DNA of 63,988 nt, counting the filler, from Octopus bimaculoides (lineage: Eukaryota): NCBI RefSeq assembly GCF_001194135.2. It is 7 parts of 6 records of this genome, joined end to end, with 100 filler letters (N's around TTAATTAATTAA, not from the genome) between each part and the next. Parts side by side here need not be neighbours in the genome. Positions count along the whole stretch, not along the records: positions 23,845 to 50,984 come from NC_068985.1; 6 more parts are not named here. The stretch is one strand, 5' to 3'. Of this stretch, positions 23,995 to 37,429 are shown in pieces. Numbering within the stretch: the stretch's first letter is position 1; each line of letters opens with the position of its first letter. The position numbers were made by a program, and so were the translations under genes. The notes below the pieces were generated by a model. That model was not told the DNA's origin, made no database searches, and saw nothing but the letters and a program-made list of their open reading frames with translations.

Positions 23995-24563
23995 TGTAAC
24001 GGTTAGGTTTTAATTAGTGTAGTTACCAATTGTAACAGGTAATATTAGGTACACAATAGTATGAAATGTCGAAGCCAGCAATGGTAACGATAATAATTTG
24101 TTATAACGGCATGTTGTAGGATGTGAAAGATGAACAATGCATGAAGTTTTAAGGAGATATTTATTTACCGTTACGTTACAATACCTTGCCTCGACGGGCA
24201 GGTTATGATGGATCCAAAAGCACGCGAAGTAATGTTTGTGTCTGTGTCCTCTTCATTATTTAGTAGTAATTACAGAGTGAGATAAAATGATGTTGTAAGA
24301 GAACAGAATTAGAGCTAGTGAGAGTTGTAGGGTTGTGAGACGTTGCCTCACAGTTGCTGACAGTAAACTTCATTTCTCCCTCTGACCAAGGTTCTAGCTG
24401 GTTAGCCAGACTTCGTTCTCACTGAGTTATCACCGAAGTGACTAACTCGTTGAGTCGTCATCAAGTGACTGAACTATATTTTTGCTTGGAGTTTATGATT
24501 TTATAACTATCCAGGATAGACATATCATTGAGAACAATGGGCTTCGTTGGTGGTGCTGTGACA
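23995..24563. mobile_element. Candidate solo LTR (TGTAAC...GTGACA)
   Basis: Starts TGTAACGG next to (TA)n and could end GTTACA (24180) or GTGACA (24563); no TSD seen. Confidence 0.3.
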
Positions 24564-25344
24564 TCTTTATTCTAACTTTTGGTGAAGTAGAAGAGGTTAT
24601 AAGGGTCAAGTGGTGAAGACATTATTTCGGCCTAGCTAGAGGCAATCTGGTAAATGTAAAACTGCTGTCAGAGAAAAACCATTGTTCCACCGTGAGAAAA
24701 GTTCTGCTGAACTGTTAATTTAAATTTGGCTAAGGAGGATCGAATCCACTTCATGCTTGCAAGATCCACTATATATATATATATACTTTGCTTAACATCT
24801 AAATATTTATTCTGTAATAAACGTAGTCACGTATTACTATTTTTAATCGGAAGAAATTTATAAAACTGACTCATGTCCCGAGAGTTTCGGGCTCGATTCT
24901 TATGACTATGCACGAAGCCCTCGGTCCTTGTGTCACTGTTGTAGCTTTGTGGTGATATGAAATAATAATAAAAGAATTATATATTCATGCACTGTGTTTG
25001 TCTATTCATACTTATGTTGTTTGTCTATTCCACCAAATACAGTTCCATCTGCAAGTGCTGATGAAATTTTCGCCTGCCAATATAATCTGTGTTGTAACAA
25101 CTAATTTTTAGACCCTTGATTCAATAACACTGTGTATAAACTCTATACTTAGAATGACCAATTTTAAATACTATTGGATTTTACTCATAAAATATTAGAA
25201 TCTTATATGTATACCATTCTGCCTAAATAATGGATCTACAAATACAATATCCCTGCATATCTCACATCTATTTTCATTCCTCCACCTCACTCTCTATTTT
25301 GTATCTTATCTAAATTAACTATTGCTTAACCATCCTCTCACACC

Positions 25345-25392
25345 GTCTCCGATGAAGGGATATAATAAACATCCTGGAAACAGCTGTAAGAC
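25345..25392 (+). ncRNA. Type I hammerhead ribozyme motif (minimal, Penelope-type) with core mutation CUGAUGA to CCGAUGA
   Basis: GTCT | CCGATGA | A GGGAT-ATAATAAAC-ATCCT G | GAAA | CAGCTG TA | AGAC. Stem I GTCT/AGAC, 5-bp stem II, palindromic ACAGCTGT stem III, GUA cleavage triplet. Confidence 0.7.
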
Positions 25393-28064
25393 CTTTTATT
25401 TATAAATGTTCTAAAATCTACACAGCCTTGTTCTTTTTATCTCATTACAAAANNNNNNNNNNNNNNNNNNNNNNNNNNNNNNNNNNNNNNNNNNNNNNNN
25501 NNNNNNNNNNNNNNNNNNNNNNNNNNNNNNNNNNNNNNNNNNNNNNNNNNNNNNNNNNNNNNNNNNNNNNNNNNNNNNNNNNNNNNNNNNNNNNNNNNNN
25601 NNNNNNNNNNNNNNNNNNNNNNNNNNNNNNNNNNNNNNNNNNNNNNNNNNNNNNNNNNNNNNNNNNNNNNNNNNNNNNNNNNNNNNNNNNNNNNNNNNNN
25701 NNNNNNNNNNNNNNNNNNNNNNNNNNNNNNNNNNNNNNNNNNNNNNNNNNNNNNNNNNNNNNNNNNNNNNNNNNNNNNNNNNNNNNNNNNNNNNNNNNNN
25801 NNNNNNNNNNNNNNNNNNNNNNNNNNNNNNNNNNNNNNNNNATATATATATATATATATATATACAATTATTAAAGAGGACAACAAATGTTAAGGCAACA
25901 TCTCAAACACCCATACTTTGTGTATATATATAATATATATGCATACACATACATATGTACACACACACACGCGCACGCACACGCGCACGCACACACACAC
26001 ACACATATATACATACATATACGCCTATATAGTACAGGACGTCAGAAACCGCAAACAACATGAAATACGAAAACAAATGACTTGATACGCAAAAAACGAG
26101 AGAAACAAAGGAAAAACTGGTTTGAATTCTAAATCTAAGAGTAACAACAAGGAAGAGGCAGATTTATACATATCTGAATTTTTTCTACTCATTACAAAGT
26201 TCCTAGTTAGCCATGCATTGCATCATTTCATCCTTATTTGAAATCATCAGCATGACAAATGAATTAAACTAAATTAAACATTTTACGAAGCGAGGTCGTT
26301 TAAAAGGCATTAATGTCTCTTATAAAAACTATTCAGGCACGGCGATCTGGAGGATGCTGTTACTGACCGCGTGGTTGCAGGAGATGCGTTGAAAACAAGA
26401 CGGTAACAAGAGGACTGTCGAAGATAACCAAGAAATTTGTAGTCATGTTAAGATAACCAAGAAAATTGTAGTCCTTACTAAAATCCCCACTGCTACTACC
26501 ATCATATTGTCCATGACGCCAACGGTAGCAGGGCTTGTGGTTTTAGTTCTATACTGTATAGCCAGCAAATAGCGTACTGTTAAGGGAAGAAATGAACATC
26601 GTCATCATTATTTCGATGTAAAGCTCATAGAAGGGAAGAATAACCCATAAATAGATGCATGTGTGAATAAATATAAACAAACACTGAAATTTATTTGTCC
26701 TCATTTTGCATATCGCAATACACTTTACGCTTAGTGTCTCTAACGGATATTTATAAATTCGAGTCAACTTATACTTGATTCAAAACATCCATTTCCCCCA
26801 ATTCCTTTTTCTTTTTCAATTTTAATGATATGGAAATATTTTCATTTAGTGAATGGGGTGAAGATTTTTTTCTTTTCGACACCTAAATTTTAAAATATTT
26901 TGTAGCAGAGTCAATGATGCCACACGTATTGTATACAAAACTAAACAAATAATTCTTGAAAGCATCTTATTTCTCTCTGGCCTTAAGATTATTTCCATAT
27001 TTCATGCTTGATGTTCTATTTCATATATATATTCTTTTTATTTATGAATGTTAAAATAAACGCAGACTCAGTGTGTAGATTTCGTTCTGATACCAAGATT
27101 GATTTCTTAAAGAAAATTCAAAATGCTCATAAACAAAAATAAAAATAATCAAGAAAGGAAAACAAACTTGAGTGAGAAAAGATATTAACTTTCTTTCACA
27201 GATGAAAATGTTGAAGGTGAAGTTTTATAAAATATTTTCTGCAAGTTAGAATCATATTCTCAATACGCATGTCACATTGTAGCCCGGAAGGAAGTCAGCT
27301 GCAGCCATTTCTTTCCCTATTTTTTTTTATATTTTTTTTATCGAGTACAAACTGTGTATGTTGCTAGAATTACTTTCTTTCTCTAGTCCATACCTTTCAG
27401 GTCTGTCCTTCTTGAATCAACGATTTACAGCTGTCTCTTTATATTCAATGATTCTTTCTTTCTTTTTCTAAATGTTTGAAACTCATCCACGATATGCAAA
27501 CCACCTTACTGCCAATAAGGAAGCCAGAAGGAAAAATATTTTCTTTGAATTTCAAATATTTTTCACCGTCAGGATTACAGTTTTTCTTATTCAATTGACA
27601 ACGTCAACGCAAAAAAAAAACAAAGACATAAAGCAAAACAAAACAAAGCAAAAAACTACTACTATTAAAAGTAAAAAAGATAAATCAGAATATAAATAAA
27701 CAACAAAAAGGCAAAAAGATGCGAGGCTAAAGTTTTAAATCTTTCAAATGTCAACAGGAGACCTCCAGCTTTCTTTTTATTTTTCCAGATTTTTTTTCCA
27801 AACTAAAGGCTGATGGTATTGATATTTTTTTTTAGTATTACTGTTTTGTTTATTTATTAATCCTTTTACTTGCTTGTTGAAATGAGTATGTATGTGTCCA
27901 CTAATGCGCATGTCAGTAAACAATCTCGACTGGAACCTAGCAGCAATTCTAAATATTCATAATTCAAAAATAAATAACAATACACACATGCATGCATACA
28001 TACATACATACATACATGCATACTTATATACACACAAACAGATATGCACTTACATATATTTAAG

Positions 28065-28098
<34 letters not shown>

Positions 28099-28314
28099 AG
28101 TGTGTGTGTATATAACATTTTATTATTTACATATATACACACACACATAGATACATACGTTTATACGTATGTATGTTTATATATATTATAAATATATTTA
28201 TACATGCATACACACATACACATATACATATGTAAATACATGCGTGTAAAAGTATACATGTATCTATGTGTGTATATATATAATATATATGTATATAATA
28301 CCTACATACAAAAA

Positions 28315-28389
<75 letters not shown>

Positions 28390-28405
28390 TGTGTGNNNNN
28401 NNNNN

Positions 28406-28450
<45 letters not shown>

Positions 28451-29199
28451 ATATACAATATACATATATATATATATATATACATGCATGCATATTCCCA
28501 TCCATCCATCCATACATATATGCATGCATGCATACATACATAGATACATACATACATAGATACACATCTATTGTAAATATGCATAAACTGCCAGTAATAA
28601 TTCTTATAGTTTTTTAATTTCTGAGCGTTTACCCACTCTATACGTTTCAAAGTGTTTATCTTGAATCATAAATCCTAAATTGTTTATGTTTGTATTCATC
28701 AGTTGTTTGGTTGGAAATCTCTTCACTCTTCATGAGGATGCCAAAAATATTGGCCCGAAGAAATTCAGCGCAAGAACGTTACACTTTTTTTCTTTTTTTT
28801 TTGTGTCTGTGTATTTTTAAATTCAAAATATTTATCCGTTTATCCAGGATAATTATTTTCCTTACGCATAACACTCCACGTTCTTGGTGGAAATAGTCGT
28901 TTGAATTAAGGAAAAACACGAGAGGAACGGCAATTGCCATGGCAAAATAAAAACAACTACGAGAACAACAACAACAACAGTGGCAACAAACGTGAATCAA
29001 TTATAATGTCATTAAAAAAAAACATCTCTTGATGATGGAAACCACGTGAAAGAACATTCTCGATTTCTTCCATCAAAACTTGAAATAATACCAAACAATA
29101 CGTTTATATTCTTACCCAAAGGGAATGAATGTCTTGAAAATGCAATTATTCGGAATTTCTGAACGAAAATAATATAGAATCCGGAAATTTTTTTTCTCC

Positions 29200-29241
<42 letters not shown>

Positions 29242-29660
29242 GTCTGTCTGTCTGAATGTCTATCTGTCTGTCTATTTGTCTATCTGCCTGTCTGCCTATC
29301 TGTGGTGCCTTCCTACTCACACAACTGCAAGTATGTGTGCATATATGTATGTATGTGCAAATGTGTATAAATAGATGTACATAGACACACACATACATAC
29401 GCACAAATGTAAATATATATTTGCATAGAAGTGTGTGCATGTGCATATGTATGTATGGATATATATATGTGTACATATATATATATACATACATATATAT
29501 ATATATATGTACACACACACTGACACATACACACATACAGACAAACACACACAGACACACGCACACACACACGCCCACACACACACACACACTCACACAC
29601 ATGCACCCCNNNNNNNNNNATATATGTACACACACACTGACACATACACACACACATATA

Positions 29661-30925
29661 TATTAGGTTGTCAAGAAAGTTCTTGCGGAATATTTAATTT
29701 TGGTTTTAAATGATGTATTTTCAAATTAATTTTCGTTAAATTACTTTGACTTTATATATCATTTTAAATCACGTTTTTCGCTCTATCTAATCGTGTTATC
29801 CTTTTTCGTTTTGAATAATTAGGCCATTTTTTTTCGGAACGTTGAATACAACATGGACAAAAAGCAAATTCGCACAATTCTCTTATTCTAGTTCAAGCTA
29901 GGCCGAAAAGCTCCTAAAACAGCTCGCAATATCAACGATGCGTTTGGCCCAGGAACCACTAATGAACGTACAGCACAATGGTTGGTCAAGTAATTTTGTT
30001 GTGGTAATGAGAGTCTTGAAGGGGACAAGCCTAGTGGTCGGCCATCGGATGTTGACAACGATCAACTAAGAGCCTTAGTCGAAGCCAATCCACGCACAAC
30101 TGTTCGAGAGCTTGCTTCTGAATTAGACGTAACATATACGACAATTTCCAACCACTTGAAAGAGATTAGAAAAAACAAAGATACTTAAGAAATGGCTGCC
30201 ACACGAATTGAACGACAGCTAAAAAAAAAAACAAAAAAAAAAACAAAAAGAAAAAACGCCGTTTTGAAGTGTCGTCTTCCTTTCTTTTACGCAACAAGAA
30301 CGATTCGTTTCTCGACCGGATTATGACTTGCGATGAAAAGCGGTTTCTTTACGACAACCGGCAACGCCAACGAAGCTCCACGGCACTTTCCGAAGCCAAA
30401 GTTGCACCAGAAAAAGGTCATGTTGACTGTATGGTGGTCTGCGGCCGGTCTCATCCATCACAGCTTTTTGAATCCAGGCGAAACTATTACCGCGGAGAAG
30501 TACTGTCAGCAAATGGATGAAATACATAAGAAACTCCGACAACAATAGCCAGCATTGGTCAATAGAAAAAGACCAATTCTTCTCTACGATAATGCTCGGC
30601 CGCACGTTGCACAACTGACCCTGCAGAAGTTGAACAAAGTGGGCTACGAAACTCTGCCTCATCCGCCATACTCACCAGACCTCTCGCCTACCGACTTCCA
30701 TTTTTTCAAGCATCTCGACAACTTCCTGCGTGAGAAATGCTTCAAAAACCAAGATGGTGCCAAACACGCCTTCAACGACTTCATCGTCACCAGAACGCAG
30801 GATTTGTACGCTACTGGCATAAATAAACTTGTTTCGCGTTGGCAAAAGAGTGTTGGTTCTGATGGTGTTTATTTCGATTAATAGTTTTGTTTGAGCCGAA
30901 ATATGTGCATCTGAATTTAAAGGTT
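29661..30925 (+). mobile_element. Mariner (DD34D, Hsmar1/cecropia-like) element, near full length, disabled; left TIR present, right TIR lost
   Basis: TA plus TTAGGTTGTCAAGAAAGTTCTTGCGG. ATG at 29853 gives MDKKQIRTIL..; WLPHEL; RIMTCDEK; KKVMLTVWW; DNARPH-(34 aa spacing)-YSPDLSPTD; stop at 30881. Stops, frameshifts and a poly-A expansion near 30220-30255. Confidence 0.95.
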
Positions 30926-30964
30926 CGTAAGCTCGACGCTCTAACCACTGAGCGATGCGCCTTC
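30922..30964 (-). mobile_element. SINE tRNA-head fragment (A-box only) fused to the mariner 3' end
   Basis: Reverse complement GGCGCATCGCTCAGTGGTTAGAGCGTCGAGCTTACGA. Confidence 0.7.
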
Positions 30965-30966
30965 AT

Positions 30967-31001
<35 letters not shown>

Positions 31002-31008
31002 CATATAT

Positions 31009-31474
31009 AACGATTACATGATATCTTACGTGTAGGACAGCCTATATATCAATCTTGCTTTCTATCGTTTTCTCTCTCTCTCATTCTACACACACGCACA
31101 CACATACACACATATATGTATGTGTATGTATATATGTATATATATATATGTATATATATATATGTATATATATATATATANNNNNNNNNNNNNNNNNNNN
31201 NNNNNNNNNNNNNNNNNNNNNNNNNNNNNNNNNNNNNNNNNNNNNNNNNNNNNNNNNNNNNNNNNNNNNNNNNNNNNNNNNNNNNNNNNNNNNNNNNNNN
31301 NNNNNNNNNNNNNNNNNNNNNNNNNNNNNNNNNNNNNNNNNNNNNNNNNNNNNNNNNNNNNNNNNNNNNNNNNNNNNNGAGAGAGAGGGAGAGAGAGAGA
31401 GAGAGAGAGAGAAAACGATATAGAGTAAGATTGATATATAGGCTGTCCTACACGTAAGACATCATGTAATCGTT
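31009..31474. mobile_element. Inverted-repeat (MITE-like) element with about 70-bp arms around microsatellites and a gap
   Basis: AACGATTACATGATATCTTACGTGTAGGACAGCCTATATATCAATCTT.. at 31009 is reverse-complementary, with a few mismatches, to about 31403-31474. Confidence 0.65.
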
Positions 31475-31573
31475 CAACTGTCATTAAAGTGAGAAATATT
31501 ATAAGTATACAATAGTAATCAAAGTATACGTATATAAAACACATCCGCACCGACGACACACACACACACACAT

Positions 31574-31618
<45 letters not shown>

Positions 31619-31819
31619 TACACACAAGCAAAAAGAAAAAACGAAATTTATTGCTGGATTCATTAATCTGTTTCAATATTTTCACAAACTGTTTCAAACG
31701 ACGTTTGACGTTTTATATTTTTATTAATCGTCTTGGCACTTCTCCTCGTTTAAGCAATAGAAATATATTTAAAACACGATTCATGTGTTCAAGCTGTTGT
31801 TATTAAGCCAAGTGAACTT

Positions 31820-31955
31820 GTGTGGCTGTGTGGTTAGGGTGGTTCACCTCGTGACCATAAAGTCATGATTTGAAGTCCTGGATCAGGCGACGCGTTGTAC
31901 CTTTGAGGAAGAATTTTTATTTTACATTGTTCCACTTACCCACTCAGTTGTATTT
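31820..31955 (+). mobile_element. Diverged CORE-like SINE
   Basis: TGGCTGTGTGGTTAGG head, then GTTGTACCTTTGAGGAAG..TTTACATTGTTCCA..CCACTCAG. Confidence 0.6.
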
Positions 31956-32574
31956 ATGCGTTCTGTCTCAACTTTACTCCGTCTCTTCTTGTCATATCTT
32001 AGATATTCTGCCAGGCCGAGGGTAACCGACTGACTGTCCGTATCTATTCGTGACTTCACAGACATTTAAATCAATAAGCTAAACCATAGTATATTCTCTG
32101 ATGCCACACTCGTTCTCGAGTGTGTCGGCTGACTGTAGTTTTATCTAGTTTAACATATGCTTGTGAAACTGAGGGATCCTTCAAAAGAAAAGAAAAATAA
32201 TTGGCTTGTTTGAAAAGAGTAGGATAACAGTATTTTAGGGATTAGGAAGGAACCAATTTAAAACCAACAAAGAAATTAGAGACATATCTGGAGTTTTCAC
32301 TTTATTATTCATTAAAAGAGGGAGGGAGAGGGAGAGAGAGGGAGAGAGGGAGAGAACGGCAATATTAGGTGTGCATGAAGGGGAAAGCCATGAGTCATAT
32401 TTTGAGAAAGACGGGCGAAATATATAAATATAAAAGCAAACATTGAAATGTGAAACACCTGGAAGAAGAAAAAGACTTTTGTTAAAATAAAACTATGAAT
32501 AGAATATAAGTACATATGTACACACACACACACACGCACATGTATATACACACACACACACACACAAATTCCCA

Positions 32575-33200
32575 AACTACTGTCTACAATATAACTGTGT
32601 TCAAGAAAATCAAAGAGAATGGCGATTTTGTCATCCTCCAAAACAGTCACCTTGACTTCCTGAGTTGGTCACTGGCTCTCTTGAACTTCTCAGTCCTTGG
32701 AGAAGAGATGTGATGCTTATTCTATGGGTTGGGCCATGGTTTTTGGATCATAAAGATACGTCGCTGCTTCATTCCCTGTCACCACCTCGGAATATAAAAA
32801 CGTGACTTCAGTGACTTCAAACACTTCCAGCACAGAGCAAATTTCTACCTTTCTTTCTTTTATATTAGGTGTCAACTTGCCAAGGTATCCACTTTGCACA
32901 TATATTCCAATACCCAAAGTTTTTCACCATCTTCTGTAACACATTCTGACCAGAGTCCACTTGTGTAGCAATCTCACGGATTGTAACTCGTCAGTCTTCA
33001 GGAATTAAATATTTCATTCATTTGCAATTCGTGTCAGTGACCGCATTTGATGGTCTCTCTCTGCATGGTTTGCCTTCAATGCTGGTTTACCTTTTTAAAT
33101 TTCTACCTCCATCTGTACACATTGTTCATGTCAGTAGTGCCATTCCTGTAAACATCTTGTAGCCTCCGGTTGATAATTGATAGTCTGCACACTCCCTTCG
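32575..33200 (-). mobile_element. Second mariner transposase remnant (different subfamily), 3'-truncated
   Basis: INRRLQDVYRNGTTDMNNVYRW..F..; RVTIREIA..; ICAKWIP.KLTPNIKERKVEIC; VVTGNE..YLYDPKT (TGDETW.Y.YDPET motif); SPRTEKFK; ILFDFLEH. Confidence 0.85.
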
Positions 33201-33352
33201 TCAATGACAAGCTGTTGGCTCTATTTGGAACACATTAGTTGCCTGGCAAGGAGAAAAACAAGAAGAGTTATTGCGCAGGAAGTGTTACTCATGCAAACTG
33301 AACAACCTATGTCAGATAATAAAAACATTGTGCACACTTTTGCATTATTCCG

Positions 33353-33402
<50 letters not shown>

Positions 33403-34807
33403 ATGTATATATGTGTATGCATGTATGCATACATGAAGTTTTCTACAATTCTAATATATTCAGTTTTCCTTTTACATCATTTAAGAAAAAAATGTAGTCT
33501 TCTGTACAAAACAATTCATTAAACAGCATCAACACCCTTATATAAGTTTAATATTAATATCCGTATTAAAATCATCATTGAGAAAAATAAATCTGACTAA
33601 AACAGTGGGAATAATAACTGTTAAAGAATTTTCAATTAGCTGCAATCCTGAAATTTTCCTCGAGAGGATTATCCGTTCGTCGGAAAAAACAAAAGAAACA
33701 GTCGAATATAGATGACCATAGGTCTGTCTGCTCAATCAATGCTGATCCGAAACTGATAACTATTACTATCATTGGTAATCTATATACATCTAGTTGTCCT
33801 GGGCTATTGGAACTTCAATATGCTGACCACGCCATATCCTGTCACAAAATCCCTTGAACTAATGATTCGAGTGTTATGAGCACATAATCGTCGTAACAGA
33901 GCAGCTGTACTCTTGCGACGAACACAACAACAATTTGCATATTCACCTTTGAATCTGCGGGAACGCATTGAGAATAAATATGCAAGTTCTCCTTTCGAAT
34001 TTCGTTGTTCACTGTGCAAATGACGATATCTTTTTTATTAGAAACCAAAGAATTATACAGTAATTTTAAAATGGTAGAAAATAACTTTCATTCTAAGAAA
34101 CAAATATACTGCTGGCGCAGCTATGACTGTGCGACTAAGAATTTTGCTTCGCAAATGTATGTTTGGCAATTTTTTTTTATCATAGTTTTTATCAGTGAAA
34201 TTTTGTAGACAGAAATGGTGTAGAAAAATATCCTGCTGCTGGGTAAATAGACATGATCTCTGACTCGTTTTACGCAACCATCTGACACTGGATGCCGTTG
34301 TGGGGGTATCTACCCCGGTTGCAAGCATTCTGACTAAGTCTGTGTTCTGAAGATAATTCTTCACTCTAATATAAAACTGGTAGCTTTCAGGGACTGCTTT
34401 AAACTAACGATGGTTGGCCTTATCAAAACTCTCGATTGATTTAATTTGTCTAAGCTACAAAAAAGCACGTCAATGTGTGTGCATGCGCGCGTGTGTGTGT
34501 TTGTGAATGCGTGAGTGTGTGTGAGTGTATGTGTGTGCTTGTGAATGCGCGTGGGTATCTGTGTGTGTGTAGTTAGGTGAGTGTGCATGTGTGTACGTTT
34601 AAGTCACTCTATGTTTGTGTGCATATGCATATTGTTTGTATATATTATCTACATATATCTTAACTCCTCTATGTTGACATATCGCATACTGTAAGCTATA
34701 CATAGCCACACCACACGCAAACGCATAAAAACAGGCGTGTGTGTATCTGTCTTTCAGTTTGTCAATCAGTCTATCTGCCTGTGTCTGTCTTTCTTTGTGT
34801 GCGCGTG

Positions 34808-34861
<54 letters not shown>

Positions 34862-35332
34862 AACATAGACCCAGCACATATTTTAAGTGGACTGAATCTA
34901 GGTTAAATATATATTAAAAAACAGACAGGTAGATGATATATGTATATATAAACAAATGCACAGACACTTTTCGTGAGTGAAGTAAGTACACTGGTTCCTC
35001 GTTAACAATTCCTTTATAATAAAACACTTCATCAGAAAGCCATATTCATCATATTTATTATAATTCAATATTATTTCTGTTGTTTTTTTCCCCTCATATT
35101 TTGTTTTACTTTTTGTTTAAACAATACTAATTACGTTTGGTGCCATTGCTCTTCAGTGGTGAAGATAAAGCTAAGTGTGGTCATTATCGTAAACCCTTAA
35201 GTTCTTATCGACATCAATAAAGGGAGGTAATGTTAGTGTTGATGCGAAATCAGTTGGTGGTCCCCCTGTTTAATTTACCTACCACGTTGATAATGTGTTA
35301 ACAGATGTCAGACTATCAGCTGTTTAACAATC

Positions 35333-35640
35333 AATTCGCTCCTTTAATAATGTAGGGGACGGGTTATACAGGTCGATAGTCCAGTGTTTCTTCAAAGGTG
35401 GGTGAATCAGACTCCTAGGAACAAGTTAAGGATTAAAACTGGGGCTGATAAATTGCTATGTTTCATAATTTTCGATGAATTAAAACTTTTATAAAATAAT
35501 AAATTCGCTCCCTTAACAATGTAGGAGTTCAGATTATGCAGGCGATATAGTTCGGTGTTTTTTCAAGGGTAGATGAGTCAGATTCCTGGGGACGAGTTAC
35601 GGATTTAAACAGATATAAATAAAGTGCTGTTTCATAACTT
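35333..35640 (+). repeat. Degenerate tandem duplication, period about 170 bp
   Basis: ATTCGCTCC(T/C)TTAA(T/C)AATGTAGG..GTGTTT..TTCAA..GAATCAGA/GAGTCAGA..TTTCATAA occurs at about 35333-35472 and 35502-35640. Confidence 0.7.
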
Positions 35641-35644
35641 TGGC

Positions 35645-36910
35645 TCCAGGATCACCATCATGAGGTAGTGAGTTCGAATCTCGGACCGTGCCGTGTTTTG
35701 TCTTCTTGAGCAAGACACTTTATTTCACGCTGCTCCAGTTCTCTCGGCTGTAGAAATGAGTTCAATTGCTGCCAGAGTTGATTTTGCTTTTCATCCTTTC
35801 AGTATCGATAGAATAAGTACCAGTTCAGCAGTGTGTTCAATGTAATCGACTTATCCTTTACCCTTACCTCGGAATTGCTGGTCTTGAACCAAAATGTGAA
35901 ACCAATATATTCGACTAAATTCTCTCTTCAGAATTGTTGGTCTTGTATATAAATCAGAAACCGTTATTAATATTAAGGTGGTATAAGTCGTTGAGCTGGC
36001 AGAATCGTTAAGCACGCCGGGCGATATGCTTAGCGGCATTTCGTCCGCCCTTACGTTCTGAGTTCAAATTCCGCCGAGGTCGACTTTGCCTTTCACCCTT
36101 TCGGGGTCAATGAAATACTCCTTCTCAAAATTTCAGGCCTTGTGCATATTGTAGAAAGGATTATCAGGACGGTAGGTTTTAGCTTCGGCTATACATGTGC
36201 TAAAATATGATTAGGACAGTGCTAACCGGAGAAAATGCTTAACGTCATTTCTTCCGGTTTTACGTTCTGAATACCAAATACTGCCTAGCCCGACTTTACA
36301 TTTCCTACTTGAGAATTCCATAAAATAAATAACATTCAAGCATTGGGGTCCATATAATGAATTAGTTCTCGCCCGAAAATTTTCAGGTCTTATGCTTATT
36401 GTAGAAAGGATTACTAATAGGCCGGCGAACTGGCTTAATTGTTACAGTGTTTGAGAAAATGTTTTGCGGCATTTGATTCAGCTTTTTATATTCTGAGTTC
36501 AAATCCCACAAGGTCAAACTTGTCTTTCATTCTCCGTGGGTCAATAAAATATAGTATCAGTGAAGCACCGGCAGCGAAGGTATCGACTAGTAACCCATCC
36601 TTCATAGCCTTGTGACTAAATTGATCTTAAATTTTGGCACAAGGCTTGCAATTTCAGAGGTGAGGGTAAGTCGATTACATCGAAACCAGTACCCAACTGG
36701 TACGTATTTTATTACAAAACATTTACAACAAAAACATGTAAGACGAAAAAAAGAAACGCTACCCGTTCCTCCAGATACAATCTCTCTGACACAATAAACG
36801 GTAATCTTATATGGGTGTTTGTTCTACATATTTGTTTGCGCAGGATGAAAGGCAAGGTGGACTTCGCCGGAATTTGAACTCAGACTGTAAAGACGAGCGA
36901 GATACCGCCT
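35645..36910. mobile_element. SINE cluster: one CORE-like copy (about 35650-35900) and several family C copies (about 35985-36130, 36190-36350, 36420-36710 on +; 36840-36910 on -)
   Basis: Repeated TGCTTAGCGGCATTTCGTCC..TACGTTCTGAGTTCAAAT..GTCGACTTTGCCTTTCA.CCTTTCGGGGTC motif. Confidence 0.8.
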
Positions 36911-37364
36911 TAACCTTGTGCCTAAATTGGTAACAATTATCCAACATGTTGATGTAACGATGAAAGAACTAAGAAGATGCAAAAGAATATACATAAGTTA
37001 GCGTAACGTTGTTGAAAGATTACGTATTTCCGATAAAGGAAATGCAAAACGTTATATTTGTCATTAACAAAAAATTGTGAATTGAATATGCTAACACTAA
37101 CTTGTGTATAGTTTTTCATGTGGATGGCATCTCTGAAATATAGGCTTTACAACAATTTTTGCGTACATGATAGTTTTTAAAAACTTAATGTAGCAACCAT
37201 TTTTATTTTTGTTATGCTTTTTCGTCTCATAACACAAAACTTTGACAGGAACATTTCTCAATGATTGAAATTGTGCGAGAGAGATAAATATAAATAAGAT
37301 TAAATGGAAGATAGGGCACGGTACAGAAATAGAAAGATTTGATGGAAAAAAAAGGAAGAGGGGG

Positions 37365-37429
<65 letters not shown>

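Noticed and set aside
26210-26256. Minus-strand GTCATG-CTGATGA..GAAA..CATGGC with a 6-bp stem I
   Set aside because: The cleavage triplet would be AUG (G at position 17 is not cleaved), and stems II and III are only 2-3 bp; probably chance.
28630-28712. Minus-strand CTGATGA..GAAACGTA
   Set aside because: No stem I or credible stem II pairing.
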